64,000 nucleotides of DNA from an uncultured Candidatus Poseidoniales archaeon (GTDB taxonomy: Archaea; Thermoplasmatota; Poseidoniia; Poseidoniales; Thalassarchaeaceae). The stretch lies in NCBI GenBank assembly GCA_963934015.1, contig CAWVWT010000002.1, forward strand, positions 11,657-75,656, written 5' to 3'. The notes below the pieces were generated by a model. That model was not told the DNA's origin. It ran no database searches and worked only from the letters and a program-made list of their open reading frames with translations. This document shows, one piece after another, positions 1 to 8,888 of this stretch (positions within the stretch are counted from its first letter, which is position 1; every line of letters starts with the position of its first letter). A program made the translations under genes and the position numbers.

Positions 1-411
1 CCCAATTCACAATTTAGATTCCCTATTTGGATGGTACCGTTGACAGCAGCACCTTGGTGGTTCTACTCACCTCTCATCCGCCTCGGCCTCCCGTATCTCA
101 AATGGCGTTTGAAGGAACCAAAGCAGTATATCCGCTACAAACGAACATTGACTCAAGCCCACCTACTTCGATTGAAGAGAAGTGTACAAGCCAACCGACG
201 CTATGATTTACCGACAAATCTAGGTCGGATTTATGCCCATGTCGCCATTTGTATCGCTGCTTCCGATACGTTGCATACAGGAACCGATTCGCATGGTATT
301 GCCGATGCCTTACCAAACGGCAGTTTGGTTGAGGTGCCTAGCAATCAGTACGCACACGAAGCTGATGTCATCGCCGATATCGCGGCATGGGAAGCCTCTA
401 GTATCCAGTGA
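1..411 (+). CDS. C-terminal part of probable alpha/beta-hydrolase (5' truncated)
   Basis: Frame is open from base 1. 'ICIAASDTLH...VEVPSNQYAHE' resembles the Asp/His end of an alpha/beta hydrolase; the nucleophile motif is not in the window. Confidence 0.45.
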   Translation, partial: PNSQFRFPIWMVPLTAAPWWFYSPLIRLGLPYLKWRLKEPKQYIRYKRTLTQAHLLRLKRSVQANRRYDLPTNLGRIYAHVAICIAASDTLHTGTDSHGIADALPNGSLVEVPSNQYAHEADVIADIAAWEASSIQ

Positions 412-442
412 TGCTAATAATTGAATCCGCATCGGCTCCACC

Positions 443-1168
443 ATGAATGCCACCCTCATGCTCTTGGTCGTTTCCATAATCATCGTCCTCGTAATACTTC
501 TAATATGGATTTACAGCACATACAACCGCCTAGTTGATCTTGAGGAAGAGACCAAAAATCAGTGGCAAAATCTTGAAACACAAATTGCTGTTAAAGATCA
601 GAAAATTGGGATGGTAGAGGAATCAGATCTCGTACAGGTTGGACTGGAGAGCCACATCTATGACAAGATTGTCGAGGCGCGGAAAATGTTTGCTGAAGCC
701 AAGAGTACTGGAAATCGTTCTGCTTTGGGTCAAGCTTCTGGTATGATGGATTCCCTCATGCCCCAGGCACTTGCTTTTGCTGAATCTAACCCCCAACTGA
801 CCTCGCACCACGTCTTGGTCGAAGGCCTCCAACAAGGAGTATATGCTATCTCAAAAATGGCCAGTGAAGTTGAAGAATATAACCAGAGCTCCAAGAATTA
901 CAATACATACGCCCGAATGTTCCCAGCAATTCTTGTTGCCAAAATGATGGGATTCCTTCCTGCTGATTACTTTGACGAGTACACCCGAGAAGAGGTCAGT
1001 TCTATGTTTCGTCGTCGAGCCTCATTGGGTAGCTTTGTCGAGTCCAAGTCTGAAGCCGATGTTAGGACGGAGGAACTCCAAGATGAGCTACAAGCCATTG
1101 AAGCCGAAGCAGAACTGCTTGAGGCTAAAGCACGTCTTGCAGAACTCAAGGAATCATTAGGTGAGTAA
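443..1168 (+). CDS. lemA: LemA family membrane protein with C-terminal coiled-coil extension
   Basis: N-terminal TM, then YNRLV..., AESNPQL, YNTYARMFPAILVAKMMGF (LemA signature). Confidence 0.85.
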   Translation: MNATLMLLVVSIIIVLVILLIWIYSTYNRLVDLEEETKNQWQNLETQIAVKDQKIGMVEESDLVQVGLESHIYDKIVEARKMFAEAKSTGNRSALGQASGMMDSLMPQALAFAESNPQLTSHHVLVEGLQQGVYAISKMASEVEEYNQSSKNYNTYARMFPAILVAKMMGFLPADYFDEYTREEVSSMFRRRASLGSFVESKSEADVRTEELQDELQAIEAEAELLEAKARLAELKESLGE

Positions 1169-1172
1169 GTAA

Positions 1173-2726
1173 TTAGCCAGACATGGCGACCATCACCAGG
1201 CCTGCCATAATCAGCATGAAGAGTGCTCCTAAGCGACTCAGCGACGAAGTTTTAGGTTTCAACACTGAGAATTCAGTTCCTTTACGGAGTTTAGCAGTCC
1301 TACGAACAGCATCCTCACCAACCGCAATCAGTGTATGGTGGACACGCGAAGCATTTTGCGAAACCATCCCTTTTGGAATATCATCGAATGGCCTTGATTT
1401 GATACGTGCCATCAAATACACTGGGTCACCCAACCGCAAGGCCCACAGTGCCCATTCATGCTTTCGAACATCTCTGCCTTGATAGAGAGGATTTCCGCCA
1501 GCCCCCTCCGGTCTTGAATCCCGAGACCAAATTACTTGACCCATATCTGAGTTCTCAAACGACTCAATGTCGACAATGATTCCACCAGTTCCATCGTGGA
1601 GCATGAAATCCCTCCGGTCACTGTCGCTACGGACAAACTTCCAATTGCAGACTTCTCTTGTTTTCCAAGATTTAGTCTGATCATCATAGTATCGTTCAAT
1701 ATGACATTCATACACTCGGTAATTCCACGACCAAGCAACCAGGTCATCAAACGTCCAACTGGGGTCGCGGTAACCATCCACATGAACCAAATCCAAGGGC
1801 AGGAATGTGGCTGGGCGAACCTGGCCAACTAGTTCGGTGTGCCCGGCATCGACGTACTTGACAATCGACGTAATCGTATCCCATGCTTCAATCACACCCT
1901 TGTTCCACCATTGCGCGATAATGGCTGAAATTGCACCAAAAACGATGAGTGCCATGGCTAACGGTGCAGCCCCTTCTCGTTCCTCGCTGGGGAATCCTAG
2001 GAACAATCCCATAACGAAGCAAACAGCAAACGCATGCCAGAAAAGCCGGGCTGTAACCATCGGTGGTGTCGCATTGAACAATTTCCTGTATTGATTATGG
2101 CGAGGGTGTTCGGAAAAAATCAGTTCTTGTGCATCTTTATTTTCACCCCGACCTAATAACTTCTGCATATAATTTGACGCCTCAATCTCACTATCGAATC
2201 GCTGCGCCTCATCACCACCACATTCACCACATTGTCCACCTGCAACTTTTCCTTTTCCTCCACAGCCTTCACAATCAGACTCTTCGCCATCATAGTAGAC
2301 AGCCCATTGCTTGCCAATTTTCTTAAAACTGATTTCGGGGCCATCCATTTCAAATCGTGCTAGAGGGTCAGGCAACCATTGTTTGAATTTCTCATTCCAT
2401 TCAGGTCGTTCTAGATGCCATTGGGCTGGGTGCATAGGTGGAAATGGTTCCACTGACCATTGGTCAGATGCACCTGGAACAAAATCTGACATCATAATCG
2501 CGAATGGATTGGGGCTGGCAAAACCCATGATGAGTAGGCCAATAATGACCAATGGAAATCCATCCACATCCATCATAGCCAAACTTGAGGTGAGGCCATA
2601 TCCCATGCTTAGGAATCCTAAGCCCCAGAAAACCCACGACCAGATTGATTGAGGCCATGTCCAGCAAAATATCCTGGGGAGAAGGGGTTCCTCATCACCC
2701 TCAGCAAAGGGACCTTCGTCGCTCAT
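1173..2726 (-). CDS. Multi-pass membrane protein with GIDE-like (E3-ligase-family) domain and inserted CxxC-CxxC
   Basis: TM helices; GHTELVGQV, FMLHDGTGGIIVD, LRLGDPVYLM resemble the GIDE domain; CEGCGGKG...CGECGG insert; adjacent to lemA. Confidence 0.6.
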   Translation of the reverse strand: MSDEGPFAEGDEEPLLPRIFCWTWPQSIWSWVFWGLGFLSMGYGLTSSLAMMDVDGFPLVIIGLLIMGFASPNPFAIMMSDFVPGASDQWSVEPFPPMHPAQWHLERPEWNEKFKQWLPDPLARFEMDGPEISFKKIGKQWAVYYDGEESDCEGCGGKGKVAGGQCGECGGDEAQRFDSEIEASNYMQKLLGRGENKDAQELIFSEHPRHNQYRKLFNATPPMVTARLFWHAFAVCFVMGLFLGFPSEEREGAAPLAMALIVFGAISAIIAQWWNKGVIEAWDTITSIVKYVDAGHTELVGQVRPATFLPLDLVHVDGYRDPSWTFDDLVAWSWNYRVYECHIERYYDDQTKSWKTREVCNWKFVRSDSDRRDFMLHDGTGGIIVDIESFENSDMGQVIWSRDSRPEGAGGNPLYQGRDVRKHEWALWALRLGDPVYLMARIKSRPFDDIPKGMVSQNASRVHHTLIAVGEDAVRRTAKLRKGTEFSVLKPKTSSLSRLGALFMLIMAGLVMVAMSG

Positions 2727-2761
2727 GGGACTGCGAAATAGAGCCAATCCTTGAACGTCAC

Positions 2762-3841
2762 CTATGGTGATAGTTCAAATTCATCATCATCGCTGGTGAA
2801 TGGGTCATCCCATTCCCCGGAAACTTCACTCGTTCTAAAGTGCCCATACAATCGCTCAATCGTCCCATATGGCCACTCTCCACGCTGTGCATCATATCGG
2901 CGAATGAGATCTGGGCCATTGCCACCATGGAACCAGATGGGTACATCCAAGCGTCGGAACAGACCTTCGGTGAATCCCCCGAATGCATGAAGGCGGGGCA
3001 CACCATACAAATCTGCAATCCAATCGTAATCTTGGCCGCCATCTTCACCCTGTTGCTGGGGTTCACACGCTTCGATAATCAGGTCAATCATTCGATTGAA
3101 AGCCGCATCATTACCCCCCTCGTCGATTTCCATCTCAATTTCAGATAGAATGCCCAGTGGGTCAATTTCACCAGACAAGTGCTGGAGCCAAACCATGTGT
3201 GACAGTGCTTTGAATGCGCCTTCATCCATCGCAGCTTGTTCCCACAGGGCCCAAGGGCCCCGAGACCCATCAAGAGGCTGTGGCAGAATTCCATACCGTA
3301 GGAATGCTTCCCGCAAACCCCCTAAACGTGTCGGGTCACGGGCAACATGTGCATTTGCAAGTGTTTCTTCAATCGCAAACCACCATTGCGGTTCGTTTCT
3401 TGAATCGTGTAATTTTTCACAACATTCGCGATGGTGAGCACGCAAATCCGGTAGTGGTTGACCTGCTGCATGCAAGCGCATCATGTGTAGGCTGACTTGC
3501 GCATCTACACAATGGTGGAAAAAGCAATGGTCAAATCCAAAGATGAACGCAAGGTCAAGTGACAGGGTCGGTGCATTTACCACCCCATCACCCTCCATTG
3601 CAGTGGCAATTACGGCAGCCCACTCGACCAAAGCATCCGCATTGACATGAATCCCCCAATCTGGGTCAACCTCTGGAGAATCGGTCCCTGTGCGCAATAA
3701 ATCGCGATACCAGAACATCGCAAGGGCCTCGTCGTTTTCCCCTCCAACTTCACTGCCAGGTGAAGGATTACGTTCAGGTCGCTCCAAGTCGGCAAGGCCA
3801 CCGCCAGGGGAATCCATTTGGCGCACGAAGTTGCGCTGCAT
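2762..3841 (-). CDS. Hypothetical protein, zincin-like (HCFFH ... EETLANAH)
   Basis: Long ORF between GIDE-like gene and rqc2; start uncertain. Confidence 0.6.
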   Translation of the reverse strand: MQRNFVRQMDSPGGGLADLERPERNPSPGSEVGGENDEALAMFWYRDLLRTGTDSPEVDPDWGIHVNADALVEWAAVIATAMEGDGVVNAPTLSLDLAFIFGFDHCFFHHCVDAQVSLHMMRLHAAGQPLPDLRAHHRECCEKLHDSRNEPQWWFAIEETLANAHVARDPTRLGGLREAFLRYGILPQPLDGSRGPWALWEQAAMDEGAFKALSHMVWLQHLSGEIDPLGILSEIEMEIDEGGNDAAFNRMIDLIIEACEPQQQGEDGGQDYDWIADLYGVPRLHAFGGFTEGLFRRLDVPIWFHGGNGPDLIRRYDAQRGEWPYGTIERLYGHFRTSEVSGEWDDPFTSDDDEFELSP

Positions 3842-3904
3842 GCCGTATGTGATAAGCGATTGGCTCAAGAAGAGGCAGGGTTCGGCTTGACATGAGGGCG
3901 AACC

Positions 3905-6010
3905 ATGCGTGACCAGATGTCTTCATTCGATATCGCCCGAATGGCCCTAGACATCAATGCCCTTGCGGGGGCTCGATGCAGGAAGATGTATCAGCCTCAT
4001 TACGAACAAGTTGTATTGCGTCTAAATCCGAAAGAGGTTGCTAAATGTGACCTTGTCATCGTTCGCGGACAACGTGTTTACTTCAGTCAACGAGATCGTC
4101 CAATGCCCACTCACCCACCACAATTTGCGATGCTACTTCGAAAACACCTGGCAAATGCTCGCCTCATGGGTGCGAAACAATTGGGGTTTGACCGAATCAT
4201 TGTGCTGGAATTTGACACCAAGGATGGGCGTCGAGATTTGGTGATTGAAATGTTCCGCAATGGAAATGTCATATTGTTAGATCAAGACGGCATCATCATA
4301 CAACCCTTGACGCACGTGACGTATGAGACACGCACTATCAAGCGCGGTGAAGCTTATGTTGCCCCACCCGAACCAATGGATCCACGTACTTGGACCGAAT
4401 CGGAATTGCAAGCAGTGCTTCAAGAATCTGATCGTGACCTTGTACACACATTGGCTGGAAAGATGAGCTTGGGTAGTGCTTATGCCCGTACTCTTTGCGT
4501 ATTGGCGGGCTTAGAACCAACTCAAAGTGCTGCTGAAATTCAAGGGGTGGGTGAACTCTACCAAGTATTTCAGAACATGATTGAGCAAATCGGGGATTCA
4601 GGGGCTATCGCTAGGGTCGATGAATTGTTTGAACCCTCTACCAATCCGTTAGAACTCGATGCCCAAATGGAAGAACATTGCCTTGAAGTTGGACCTGTAC
4701 AATTATCAGAACATGTCCAATCTATGGGGTTTGCCTCTTTATCCCAAGCAATCGATGCATGGAAAGGCGGATATGATTCGAGTGCACTAGCTCGCAGAGA
4801 AGCAGAGAAACTCGCTGAAGTTACTGCACCAGGACAGGCTGACTCTGAAGGGGAAAAATTGGCACGGCGCGAAGGTCAACAAGCGGCTGCGGTTGGTAAG
4901 TTGGCTGCAAAAGGTGCGAAACAACAAGACGTGGGGAAATCGATTCAAGCGAATTGGGCACATGTCGAGTCCCTTCTCAATCAAATGATACAATCCATTG
5001 ATGAAATCGGTTGGGATGAAACGCGTTCAGCCATCAAGAAAATTGATTGGGTCGTATCTGCAGACCCTGCGTCTCGAACTATACAAGCCAAGTTGCCTGA
5101 TGAGAATGGTGAACCTGGTCAGACTGTGGAATTGCAAATTGATCAGACTGTTCACCAGAATGCACAACGATATTTTGCCAAAGGGCGAAAGGATAAGCAA
5201 CGAGCAGAAGGTGCAAAAAGTGCTCTTGCAGACACTCAGAAACGCCAGAAGAAGGTCGACAAAAAACGAGTCAAAGATGAGGCGGCTGGACGTGTGAGTA
5301 TCATCAAGCGAACCAAGAAATTCTGGTTCGAGCGAAACCGTTGGACAATGTTGTCCAGTGGGCAACTGCTCGTCGGAGGGCGAGATGCCAAAGGCAATGA
5401 CCAACTTGTCAAGAAGCACCTCAGTCCCGCAGACCTGTATTTCCATGCTGATTTGCACGGTGCTCCATCTTGCACACTCAAACTGAAAGAAGGATTTGAA
5501 GAGGACCCCAATCCCAATCCATTGCTTCCCGAAGGAGTTCCGTCGTTACGTCTCACCCAATCGCTTGATATTTCTGAGCACCCTGAAGATGCACTTCCAG
5601 GGGCTGCGCAAATGGCTGTTTGCTGGTCACGTGCATGGGGTAGTGGAGGTGCAGCTGCAACTGCATTCCATGCCAGGCAGGGCCAGGTCAGCAAAACTAC
5701 CGAATCGGGTGAATCTCTTGGAAGAGGTGCCTTTGTGGTCCGAGGCAATCGACATTGGTACAAAGACCTCAGTATGAAAATCACACTTGGAATGGTGGCA
5801 ATCAATGGAATTCCATTGCCAATCGTCGGTACACACGATGTGATCAGCAATGTTTGCCAGCGATGGATTCGGTTGACACCGGGTACTCAGAAGAAGGAAC
5901 AGATTGCTACCAAGATTGCCAAGGCAACCGGTTTACTCCAGGACGATGTCTTGTCAGCATTGCCACCTGGAAATTTGTCTCTTGGTGAAAATCAAGGTAT
6001 CCTAGAATGA
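3905..6010 (+). CDS. rqcH: Ribosome quality-control protein Rqc2/RqcH (NFACT/NEMF family)
   Basis: MSSFDI start, FAMLLRKHL, GFDRII, NAQRYF, NFACT-R GGRDAKGND/FHADLHGAP, GAFVVRG. Confidence 0.92.
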   Translation: MRDQMSSFDIARMALDINALAGARCRKMYQPHYEQVVLRLNPKEVAKCDLVIVRGQRVYFSQRDRPMPTHPPQFAMLLRKHLANARLMGAKQLGFDRIIVLEFDTKDGRRDLVIEMFRNGNVILLDQDGIIIQPLTHVTYETRTIKRGEAYVAPPEPMDPRTWTESELQAVLQESDRDLVHTLAGKMSLGSAYARTLCVLAGLEPTQSAAEIQGVGELYQVFQNMIEQIGDSGAIARVDELFEPSTNPLELDAQMEEHCLEVGPVQLSEHVQSMGFASLSQAIDAWKGGYDSSALARREAEKLAEVTAPGQADSEGEKLARREGQQAAAVGKLAAKGAKQQDVGKSIQANWAHVESLLNQMIQSIDEIGWDETRSAIKKIDWVVSADPASRTIQAKLPDENGEPGQTVELQIDQTVHQNAQRYFAKGRKDKQRAEGAKSALADTQKRQKKVDKKRVKDEAAGRVSIIKRTKKFWFERNRWTMLSSGQLLVGGRDAKGNDQLVKKHLSPADLYFHADLHGAPSCTLKLKEGFEEDPNPNPLLPEGVPSLRLTQSLDISEHPEDALPGAAQMAVCWSRAWGSGGAAATAFHARQGQVSKTTESGESLGRGAFVVRGNRHWYKDLSMKITLGMVAINGIPLPIVGTHDVISNVCQRWIRLTPGTQKKEQIATKIAKATGLLQDDVLSALPPGNLSLGENQGILE

Positions 6011-6025
6011 GTGTGCCACTACCTC

Positions 6026-8815
6026 TCACCCGAGGAGATCATCGATGTTCGGTAGGTCCGGGGTTGGTGTGGTCACCGGTTGAACAGGAGCGGGTGCAAC
6101 TGCTGGTTGTACTGGTGATTGTTGTGCCAGCCATTGACTTCCGTAGTGATTCCACTGTTCCATGGTCCAGCCAAGTGGTAGACCGTTAGCAGGTACAGGT
6201 GGTCCACTTGTCACGACCGGTTCAGGAGCAACTACTTCCGGCATGCTCGGTATGTCCACTACTGGCGCGGTATTTGCGAATAGGTCCCGCTCAAATTCAG
6301 CCATCGCCCGGTCGCGACCATCGCCTTTTTTCCTGGAATTGGACCGAATGGCCAAGATTGCAGCGACAACGCCTACGTTAAACAGAAGCAGCATAGCAAT
6401 CATGGCAATCGAACCCGTATCCATCTCAAATCCGGCATCTTGTTCTCCCGCAGTATCCGTTTGATCAGAATCTGTGTTTTGATTAGTCTGATCAGTTTGG
6501 TTTTCAACAGGTTCAGTAGTGCTCTCAATAGGGGGGAAGTAAACGGTCATGACCGTATCCTTCCACATTCCCTCGATACTAACTCGAGCATTCAATTCTG
6601 CTGACTCACCAATCAAATTTGTGTAATCAGCGTAATAGGTTCCATTTAGTGCACTTGTGCTTTCTGAAATGGTAGTGTCTCCATCTTGTAAAATCCAAGT
6701 CATCTGACAATTACTTTCACATGTGATATTGACTGAAATATTGGCTGTACGTGTATCACTATCTGGTGCTTCAGACAAGCTCAATTCAATCGACAGCAGT
6801 GGGCACCCATTGAGTGACCCCCATACCTCCGGACATCCATCAACCGAATCTTTCCGACCATCGTCATCGGTATCACGTTGGTTCGCAGCACAACCACCGT
6901 CATCGGTTTCAGCCAGCCATTGTGTGTCTGGACAGAGATCAACATCATCGTTGACCCCATCCTCGTCAGTATCACGCTGCCCTGGGCCACACCCCATATC
7001 TGTGACATCCTCTTCACCCGGGGGGGTATTAGGACAGGCATCTTCGTAATTGTAAATTCCATCACCGTCATCATCGAGTTGTGATCCAGAGCAACCCAAT
7101 TCGTTCACCAGTTCCTCTCGAGGTGTTCGAGGGCAAGCATCCAAATCATCTGAGACACCATCTTCATCAGTATCTAACTGGTTGTCGGCACATCCGTCCC
7201 CATCGATATCTTCACCCTGGTCGGTTTGAGGGCAGTCATCCTCAGCATCTACCACGCCATCAGAATCACTGTCAATTTCCCATGAGGAGCAGCCAACGCT
7301 GTTAACAGTCCAACCCGGCTGCGTATCTGGGCATTGATCAATATCATCCATGACCCCATCTTGGTCAGTATCATTTTGGTTGTCCGCACATCCCACATTA
7401 TCAACACTCAATCCAGCATCTGTATTTGGGCAGCCATCCTCATCATCGATGACACCATCTTCATCTGTGTCAAGTGGTGGAATTTCACAACCATCAGTGT
7501 CAACTTGGATACCGGGTATCGTGTGGGGGCAATTGTCCATTGAATCAGCCACATTGTCTCCATCGTAGTCGGGAATACCTACAACTTGCTGCACGAACAA
7601 TGATATTGCTTTGTGCGTGGTTTCAGTTGGGTGTAAGTCATCGAAGAAGATATACTCTTCAACATTGGGTGCGATGGGATCATTGCTATCACATAGGGCC
7701 CCAGAGTGGTCACAAGCTGCATGAGTTGTGTTGGTGATGCCAAAATGTTCACCCGACCAAAACAACATTTCAAAGCCTTCCCAAACTGGAATCATGTGTG
7801 TAGTGACGCCATATGTACTCGCCAAATTTGCTGCCATTGTATGCATCCCTGAGTTGAAGTCAGCAACACGCTGCCCTAGAGCCTGGTTGTCTTCAGCAGA
7901 ATTACCGCTTGCACTCGGTGTTTTTTCAAGTGCTGGTAGTTCAAAGAAGATGAATTCTTGGCCACCATCTGCGATTAGTTGCTCTGCATGATTTTCTAAG
8001 TTAGTGACAAGCACCTGCGAGTTCGTTTCACCGTAGTTTAGCAGATCATTGCCGCCGCCCCAGATGGCGACAGCATCACCTGCGCCCAAATTAAAATTAT
8101 TATCCCATTCATCAACTTGGAGTCCAATGTTATCAATTGTCCAAAATGTCTTACCGTCACCGGTTGCAGCACCACCAAATGCACGATTGTTACCGCTGCC
8201 ACTACCCCGGCCTGCGGCATTGGTGTTGCCGAGCCAATCTTGTGTATAGTCGGCCCAATTGTTGCCATCTGAATACCGACCTTGCCAATACGGTGGGCTT
8301 TCGGGGGTTCCGAACGCACTGTATGAATTCCCAGAATCGGATAAACTATCACCGAAAACGAATAAATCTGTATATTGGGGGGACATGGATTTCCAGAATA
8401 CGGAAAATGGTGCCATTGCGGATACATCAGTCCACCCACTGGATGAGTTCAACCCAATTTCAAGAATATACATCATCGATGCATTGGAGACGTGGTGTTC
8501 ACTGAGTTCAATCTGCATTGCGCTTTGGTCGGCAAAGAACGGAATAACTCCTGCACTCACAATCGTTGCAGGTCCCAATAAACTCGAATCATTTGTCCCA
8601 TGTACCATCCAGTGGAGATCATAATTGTGTCCTAGTGTTAACCCCCAAAGTCCAATGGTTGCTTCCACAGGCTCATCAGAAGCGAATGTTTTCTCTTCAA
8701 ATAAAATTGAACCCCCCTCCAATCCGCGTGCTTCTCCAGTTCCAAGTGGAAGGGAAATCGACCAAGAAACAGTCAGGAGTGTGATGGCCAAAAGAAGAAC
8801 AAATCGCCGGCCCAT
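6026..8815 (-). CDS. Membrane-anchored SGNH/GDSL lipase-esterase with TSP3-like Ca-binding repeats
   Basis: Signal peptide; FGDSLSDSGN, GGND, FFDDLHPT blocks; DxDxDGVxDxxDxCP repeats; C-terminal TM and Trp-rich tail. Confidence 0.88.
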   Translation of the reverse strand: MGRRFVLLLAITLLTVSWSISLPLGTGEARGLEGGSILFEEKTFASDEPVEATIGLWGLTLGHNYDLHWMVHGTNDSSLLGPATIVSAGVIPFFADQSAMQIELSEHHVSNASMMYILEIGLNSSSGWTDVSAMAPFSVFWKSMSPQYTDLFVFGDSLSDSGNSYSAFGTPESPPYWQGRYSDGNNWADYTQDWLGNTNAAGRGSGSGNNRAFGGAATGDGKTFWTIDNIGLQVDEWDNNFNLGAGDAVAIWGGGNDLLNYGETNSQVLVTNLENHAEQLIADGGQEFIFFELPALEKTPSASGNSAEDNQALGQRVADFNSGMHTMAANLASTYGVTTHMIPVWEGFEMLFWSGEHFGITNTTHAACDHSGALCDSNDPIAPNVEEYIFFDDLHPTETTHKAISLFVQQVVGIPDYDGDNVADSMDNCPHTIPGIQVDTDGCEIPPLDTDEDGVIDDEDGCPNTDAGLSVDNVGCADNQNDTDQDGVMDDIDQCPDTQPGWTVNSVGCSSWEIDSDSDGVVDAEDDCPQTDQGEDIDGDGCADNQLDTDEDGVSDDLDACPRTPREELVNELGCSGSQLDDDGDGIYNYEDACPNTPPGEEDVTDMGCGPGQRDTDEDGVNDDVDLCPDTQWLAETDDGGCAANQRDTDDDGRKDSVDGCPEVWGSLNGCPLLSIELSLSEAPDSDTRTANISVNITCESNCQMTWILQDGDTTISESTSALNGTYYADYTNLIGESAELNARVSIEGMWKDTVMTVYFPPIESTTEPVENQTDQTNQNTDSDQTDTAGEQDAGFEMDTGSIAMIAMLLLFNVGVVAAILAIRSNSRKKGDGRDRAMAEFERDLFANTAPVVDIPSMPEVVAPEPVVTSGPPVPANGLPLGWTMEQWNHYGSQWLAQQSPVQPAVAPAPVQPVTTPTPDLPNIDDLLG

Positions 8816-8888
8816 GTCTGATTGCAGTGGCTACATAGAATTGAACTTTACGACAGCGCCTACAACGCATGCGCATGTCAGGGGATTC

